57,520 bases of DNA from a virus. Taxonomy: Duplodnaviria; Caudoviricetes. Position numbers and translations under genes: made by a program. This document shows, in pieces, positions 52,766 through 57,520 of the stretch. How positions within the stretch are numbered: the stretch's first letter is position 1; every line of letters starts with the position of its first letter. The notes under the pieces were generated by a model. That model saw nothing but the letters and a program-made list of their open reading frames with translations. It was not told the DNA's origin and did not search any database. The DNA is taken from positions 1 to 57,520 of the IMG/VR virus record IMGVR_UViG_3300033153_001834; one strand, given 5' to 3'.

Positions 52766-54355
52766 TCAATTCTTAATTTCCGTATTCTTAATGTTATTCC
52801 CTGTTTCAAGATTTGAACCTTTTAAGCCTTCGTCTTGTCCTGATCCAGACCCTGGTCCAGGTAACGCTGGAGTTAACTCTGCAGTTAATCTAGCAGCAGT
52901 AGCAGCAATCTCCGCATCTTTTTCTTTATCAAGAAATTGAGGAGGATTTTCCTTAATATCTGCTATTTCTTCTTCAAATGTCTTATTAGCGTTAATTATT
53001 TCGCCTTCTTTCATCTTCTCAAACATTGTCTTATGAGAAATAGCTCCGTCTATCCAAGAACGAACTAAAGCAATTTGAGCATTTGGTTCCATGTCTACTG
53101 ATAAGAAATCTGAATTAAGTTTATAAACAATCTTCCTTGCATCTTTACCTGCCCAATTAAAATATATTTTTAAAATTTCTTGTAATTGAGAAGAGATATT
53201 TTGAACGATTGAGGTTATAACCGCAGTTTCTTGACCGCTTCTTATTAAAACAGAAGTAGCAGTTTCACGAGAAACACCTTGTTGTTTTAAGATTTGGGCT
53301 CCAGTTACGGCCATTGTCTCTCTTAAATCTTCAATATAATCACGATGAGCTTGCGCTGACTTTCCATCAAACTCAAGCATACCAACTTTAGCGTCTGGAT
53401 TGCCTAAAACCCATAATTTAGAAGAGCCGATTGTTGTTGGAGTGTCTTCATCATCTGCATCAACACCTGTAATCCAAGGAGTTGGTAAAGCAGTCATATG
53501 CAAGACTTCAATTTGGTCTACAACTCTATTAATTAGGTCAATATTTAAGTCAGATACGTCCTGAAGTACTGATTTATCAATAGAATAGTTATTAGACTCT
53601 TTACCGTGAATAATAAGTGGTATAGCATCTAATTCCTGACCGTTCTGCATTATAAAATTATCTTTAACACTTTCGTCAGAGTATTCAGTCTTATCTTTAT
53701 CTCTTGCGTAGTTAGTTTCGTCAGGTTTAGGTATATTACGCTCATATTTACGTACACGAACCCGATTTTTACCCTTATTTAGCTCAGATGGGTGTAAACT
53801 CCATACATAATGGACTTTTACTATCTCTAAAGTAAATTCATCGTCTGCTTTTTGTCTTTCTTCTTGTACAGAATAGACAAACTGGGATAATTCAGGATAA
53901 CCTTTATCGTTAGACGTTTGGAAGCTAACAAATTGTTCTGGCTTAATTAAGGTTAAGTAAGGGCGGTTAAGAGGCGTAGAAAAGTCCACAATCGAAGCAC
54001 AGAAGCCTTGCTTTAAGACTTCATACGGTATTTGAGCAGCATATTCGTTAACAGAGTTACCAAGTAGGTCTACATTTTGATATAAGATATCACTATCTTC
54101 TACAGGAAGTTCGTGTAGAGGTGGCTTCTTAAAGATTGAAGAGTTAAAAGATGAAATGACTTTAGGGTAATATAAGTAAAAAGGTGTTCTAGCCCATCTT
54201 GCAGCTTTTTGGTCGTCGGAATCTAGCTCAAGACCAGCGTAATATTGGTCCATATTCTCTAGCATTTTCTTACGACCAGCGTATAAATCGTTATTTTGAT
54301 TTATTTCTGATTGCAAAGCGAGTACTTGTTGCGACATTTTAAATAAATAAGCCAT
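52766..54355 (-). CDS. portal protein (DUF4055-like)
   Basis: follows TerL; F.K.P, LH.TALP.P.I.G, G.LEF.G, ETATS, GAIS..T. Confidence 0.85.
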   Translation of the reverse strand: MAYLFKMSQQVLALQSEINQNNDLYAGRKKMLENMDQYYAGLELDSDDQKAARWARTPFYLYYPKVISSFNSSIFKKPPLHELPVEDSDILYQNVDLLGNSVNEYAAQIPYEVLKQGFCASIVDFSTPLNRPYLTLIKPEQFVSFQTSNDKGYPELSQFVYSVQEERQKADDEFTLEIVKVHYVWSLHPSELNKGKNRVRVRKYERNIPKPDETNYARDKDKTEYSDESVKDNFIMQNGQELDAIPLIIHGKESNNYSIDKSVLQDVSDLNIDLINRVVDQIEVLHMTALPTPWITGVDADDEDTPTTIGSSKLWVLGNPDAKVGMLEFDGKSAQAHRDYIEDLRETMAVTGAQILKQQGVSRETATSVLIRSGQETAVITSIVQNISSQLQEILKIYFNWAGKDARKIVYKLNSDFLSVDMEPNAQIALVRSWIDGAISHKTMFEKMKEGEIINANKTFEEEIADIKENPPQFLDKEKDAEIAATAARLTAELTPALPGPGSGSGQDEGLKGSNLETGNNIKNTEIKN

Positions 54356-54357
54356 TT

Positions 54358-55716
54358 TTACTTCCCTTTTACACCCTTTGATCTAAAGGTATTTCTCTTT
54401 ACCGGAAACATATAATGTATAATATAAGTTGCCGCATCTGTTATATCATCTATCGAAGCTCCAGAAGTTTTTTCTGGGAGTTCAGTATTTGGATTAAAAA
54501 CTTGTTGCTCTAATGCGTCTGTTAAATCAGGACATAAGTCTGTATTTACTGTTACTAAACCTGATCTATAAGCCGAATTAGAGGCTAAAACACGATCAAG
54601 TATCTTAGGATTTCTTCCAGGATATTTACAACTAAAACCTGCTCTCTTTAGAAGAGATATATCAGATTGTGTAAAACCTTTAGAAGATACATTTTTACCA
54701 GAAGAATCTGGGAAGCAATTAACTTGAGAATTAGGAAATACATTCTGAATTACTTCTATTGTTTCTGGCGTATCTTTAATTCCTTTAAAATGATGTATTG
54801 CTGCTAAAGTTGGTTTCTTATTGTATAAATAACCATTAACAGATTTACCTTGTTCTGCAAGACTTTTTCTTTTAACATAAATAACAGAATTACAGTTCAT
54901 TACGTTAAAATCCATTGATACGAATAAATCTTCACCATCTTCATAGACTTCATTCGTATGAGAATCTATACGATTAAACTCTTTAAAGACTGTACCCGAC
55001 TTCATATTTATAAACTCACCATCTAAATATGCCGAGACTAATTCTTTTGGATAAATAGCTTCTAAGTTTTCTACAAAATCAGATGGTAAATGTAAATTTT
55101 CCCGTGTCGAAGCTTGGATTAAAACATAATTCTTTGGTCTATTCTTTTTAAATCTATCATAAACAAAGCGAAAACCCTCTGGAGTTGTCGCAACAAACAA
55201 TTGGTTAATTATATTTATTATTCTGCCATCTTCGTCTATTTTTATATTTCCATCTTTATCTAAAAGAGGAATGGCTTTACGAGCACGAGCAATAGCTTTA
55301 ATCCAAATTTCTTTTGCTTTATTCGTTGGTAGTGTATCTAGCTCATCGCAGAAAACAGCTACTACGTTCATACCGATAATCTTTGTAGGATCATCCATAG
55401 ATTTAATAATTATTCTACCACCAGCTTCAAATACAATTTCACCGGTTGTTCTGTTAATTTTATATTTAATATTAGTAGGTTGTAAAATCTCTTCAAGAGT
55501 CGGAATTAAAATATCCCGCATCATTGAGAAAACTGGAGTTAAGTATAAGACATCCGCTTGTGGATACTTTAACTTAATAATAATCATTTTAAGAACTAAT
55601 ACGAATGTCTTTCCTGAACCAAACCCAGCTACAAAAGCTACAGCCTTTGAAGTTTCATCGCAGTCGATAAATTTCGTCTGTGACTTAGTGAGTTCAATTA
55701 TACGTCCAGGTTTCAA
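54358..55716 (-). CDS. terL: terminase large subunit
   Basis: VAGFGSGKT, CDELD, TTPEGF, T.EN.HLP, YL.G.F, MDFN nuclease, DD..DA..Y. Confidence 0.92.
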   Translation of the reverse strand: MKPGRIIELTKSQTKFIDCDETSKAVAFVAGFGSGKTFVLVLKMIIIKLKYPQADVLYLTPVFSMMRDILIPTLEEILQPTNIKYKINRTTGEIVFEAGGRIIIKSMDDPTKIIGMNVVAVFCDELDTLPTNKAKEIWIKAIARARKAIPLLDKDGNIKIDEDGRIINIINQLFVATTPEGFRFVYDRFKKNRPKNYVLIQASTRENLHLPSDFVENLEAIYPKELVSAYLDGEFINMKSGTVFKEFNRIDSHTNEVYEDGEDLFVSMDFNVMNCNSVIYVKRKSLAEQGKSVNGYLYNKKPTLAAIHHFKGIKDTPETIEVIQNVFPNSQVNCFPDSSGKNVSSKGFTQSDISLLKRAGFSCKYPGRNPKILDRVLASNSAYRSGLVTVNTDLCPDLTDALEQQVFNPNTELPEKTSGASIDDITDAATYIIHYMFPVKRNTFRSKGVKGK

Positions 55717-55765
55717 ACTTTAATTCTCTAAGATGCAGTTATTAAGCCTATCTTAACATATATAT

Positions 55766-56335
55766 CTAGGGAAGTAAAGGACTTTTATAAGTAAAAGTTC
55801 CTTTAATATAATGAGGATATTGATTAGAATCAAATATTTTTTCTAGTGTTTTTAGAAATTCTTTAGGTAGGTATTCATTCTCTATTAGTTTAAGTTGAAT
55901 ATTATTAACAAAATCCATCTTAGATAACTGATAGCAAAAGTTTGAATCTAAGGGAAAATTAGAAAGAGGGGTAGCAGTTATCATTACCTTTTGGGTAAAG
56001 CAGATAATCTTATGGTATATCTCTAAAGCATCTTCATAATCAAATATATCAAAATCTTCTAAAATAATTAAATCTTGATGCGTTAGTTTATTAATTTCAT
56101 CGTAATCTAGTATTGTTAATTTATGATTATATTCTTTAAGCTCTCGAAGCATACTATCGTATACAGTTTTTACATATTCTTTTAAACTAGAATCTACAAT
56201 AATAGTAATTTTACCTTGGTTCATTATAGCTTTCGCTATTGAAGTATATGTTTTCCCTGATGCCATACCACCGATTAAAGTTGTTACTTTTTTATTAGAT
56301 TGAACAGCTTCTAATTGAGTTTTAAATAGTTTCAT
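55766..56335 (-). CDS. truncated terminase-like ATPase (nuclease domain absent)
   Basis: Q...V......GGMASGKT, IILED, ITATP, EN.YLP..F...L.......YIKG.F. Confidence 0.65.
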   Translation of the reverse strand: MKLFKTQLEAVQSNKKVTTLIGGMASGKTYTSIAKAIMNQGKITIIVDSSLKEYVKTVYDSMLRELKEYNHKLTILDYDEINKLTHQDLIILEDFDIFDYEDALEIYHKIICFTQKVMITATPLSNFPLDSNFCYQLSKMDFVNNIQLKLIENEYLPKEFLKTLEKIFDSNQYPHYIKGTFTYKSPLLP

Positions 56336-56670
56336 TATTCATTATCTCCATATTTAAGAATAAAATGACCATCTTTTCCAGTAGGGACATTTTCAGGATT
56401 CATTAATCTTCTATCAACTAATCTTTCTATATGTCTTGATTCGTGTAATACTAATGCTTTTCTTAAATGAGAAATAATTTCCTCGTTACCTCTCCATGGT
56501 ATTTGTTTATTTAAAAATTGAACTCTATTAATTAAAGCACGTAATACTTCTTGGTTATTTGTTCCTGGATGCTTATTTCCTTTATTTCTATTAACAAAAC
56601 ATAAAGTTTCTGTTCCGTTACAGTCAAGAGCATTAAGACTATAAATATGACCTTCTTCTAGCACTTCCAT
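56335..56670 (-). CDS. possible Tad1/Acb2-like helical-hairpin sponge protein
   Basis: H.Y.L...L.F...GT...EVL..LI.R..FL.....N..I..HL..AL...E.R...R pattern. Confidence 0.45.
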   Translation of the reverse strand: MEVLEEGHIYSLNALDCNGTETLCFVNRNKGNKHPGTNNQEVLRALINRVQFLNKQIPWRGNEEIISHLRKALVLHESRHIERLVDRRLMNPENVPTGKDGHFILKYGDNE

Positions 56671-56876
56671 TAGTAGTCCTCTGTTATGTTTTTATCTTCG
56701 ATAAACTTTTCTTCAAATTCTTTTATTGACCTTATATATACAGTAACTAGTAATGGATTTTGATATACTACCATATCTTGGTCTTTATTATCTGTTACAT
56801 CTAAACCAATATAAAGAACTTCGTATAAGTCATTCGTTTTAATGTTTCTATAGTAGTGATTAGGAGAAATATTCAT
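56670..56876 (-). CDS. DUF1653-like small protein
   Basis: YR..K....YEV......MVVY......R...EF.EKF. Confidence 0.7.
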   Translation of the reverse strand: MNISPNHYYRNIKTNDLYEVLYIGLDVTDNKDQDMVVYQNPLLVTVYIRSIKEFEEKFIEDKNITEDY

Positions 56877-57130
56877 AAATCCTCAAAATTTATTGGTAAG
56901 TCTAGTGTTTGTCGATTTAACTGATTATTATATGCTTCGCAATGATCTATATCTTCTTGGCCCATTGCTACTTCGCATTTCGTTTCATTATTACTATTAC
57001 AATTTTGACAATCGTTATTTTTATAATTCAAATAATAGGACTCTGCCCATTCTATTCCATTACACTTTCCTCCAGTTAATCTATGAGGAAAAGGATAAAT
57101 ACTACAAAAGCATGTTACTTGCTCTCTCAT
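56873..57130 (-). CDS. Cys-rich hypothetical protein
   Basis: C.C..YPFPHR...GKC, CQNC. Confidence 0.6.
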   Translation of the reverse strand: MREQVTCFCSIYPFPHRLTGGKCNGIEWAESYYLNYKNNDCQNCNSNNETKCEVAMGQEDIDHCEAYNNQLNRQTLDLPINFEDL

Positions 57131-57520
57131 TTATTCACCTTTTGCATAAAGAATTGAATCTTCTGATATTTTTATTGGTTCTTCTTTCCATTCCGAGATT
57201 TTTACAACTACTCCACCTGGTTTTCCTATTGACCCTCTTATTATATGAAGGTCGTTAATTAAAGCATCGTCATCCCATACTTCAGCATATGTTAGAGAGT
57301 CTAAAAGGGCTTTCATTCTATTATCTAAATCAGCTCTATGACGAGTTGGAAAAGAGATTAAGACTTCTACCTTTAATGGTATATTAGCTTGGATATTAAA
57401 CTTATGTTTTAAAACATACTCTCTAACCTTCTGCCTATAAATTTTACCTTGCTCTTTTACATACTTAATGACTTTATAGGCTTTAGTAGTATATCCATAG
57501 TACGAGTTTACACTCGGTGG
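57131..57520 (-). CDS. rusA: RusA-like Holliday junction resolvase (5' end outside window)
   Basis: PPSVN.YY...R.DLDNRMKALLDSL......DDD..I. Confidence 0.88.
   Translation of the reverse strand, partial: PPSVNSYYGYTTKAYKVIKYVKEQGKIYRQKVREYVLKHKFNIQANIPLKVEVLISFPTRHRADLDNRMKALLDSLTYAEVWDDDALINDLHIIRGSIGKPGGVVVKISEWKEEPIKISEDSILYAKGE

Noticed and set aside
5711-57258. Opposite-strand or nested ORFs in the track (e.g. 5711-5944, 13574-13888, 26601-26852, 44176-44469, 55271-55723, 56893-57258)
   Set aside because: Shadow ORFs overlapping well-supported genes, without SD or recognisable motifs.
1-57520. Genome-wide stop-codon reassignment suggested by the UCA-containing tRNA loop
   Set aside because: All large genes (dnaE, terL, tail tip, TMP) are intact under code 11, and TGA ends genes normally (e.g. 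portal).

Overview
A strongly AT-rich, lambda-like long-tailed (siphovirus) phage genome segment, truncated at both ends. The host is probably a Gram-negative gammaproteobacterium (Vibrio/Shewanella-type ThyA, spanin-like lysis genes, sigma70-type promoters). No integrase, repressor, primase or small terminase is recognisable in the window. The + strand (~0.4-21.8 kb) carries early, replication and nucleotide genes: a J-domain protein, Dda-like and RadD-like helicases, an NAD ligase split into two non-adjacent genes, ThyA, a Sak4/SSB/Cas4-like recombination module and DnaE/DnaQ. Interleaved with these is a likely DNA-hypermodification set (PRTase, GT-A glycosyltransferase, NDT-like hydrolase, HD hydrolase, FkbM methyltransferase, dNMP kinase, divergent ThyX). 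The - strand (~21.9-57.5 kb) carries packaging, head, tail, fibre, lysis and a second structural (possibly filament) module. The most striking observation lies between the portal and scaffold genes (52154-52711, - strand). A D-armless tRNA-like RNA there has an 8-nt anticodon loop (CU-UUCA-AU). It is followed immediately by a leader ORF, AUG-AAG-CAU-UGAA-..., which reaches an RGPP ribosome-arrest motif only if UGAA is read as a 4-base codon, and then by a small basic protein gene. This looks like a self-contained natural quadruplet-decoding / +1 frameshift system. All annotations come from motif recognition by eye; no searches or folding programs were run.
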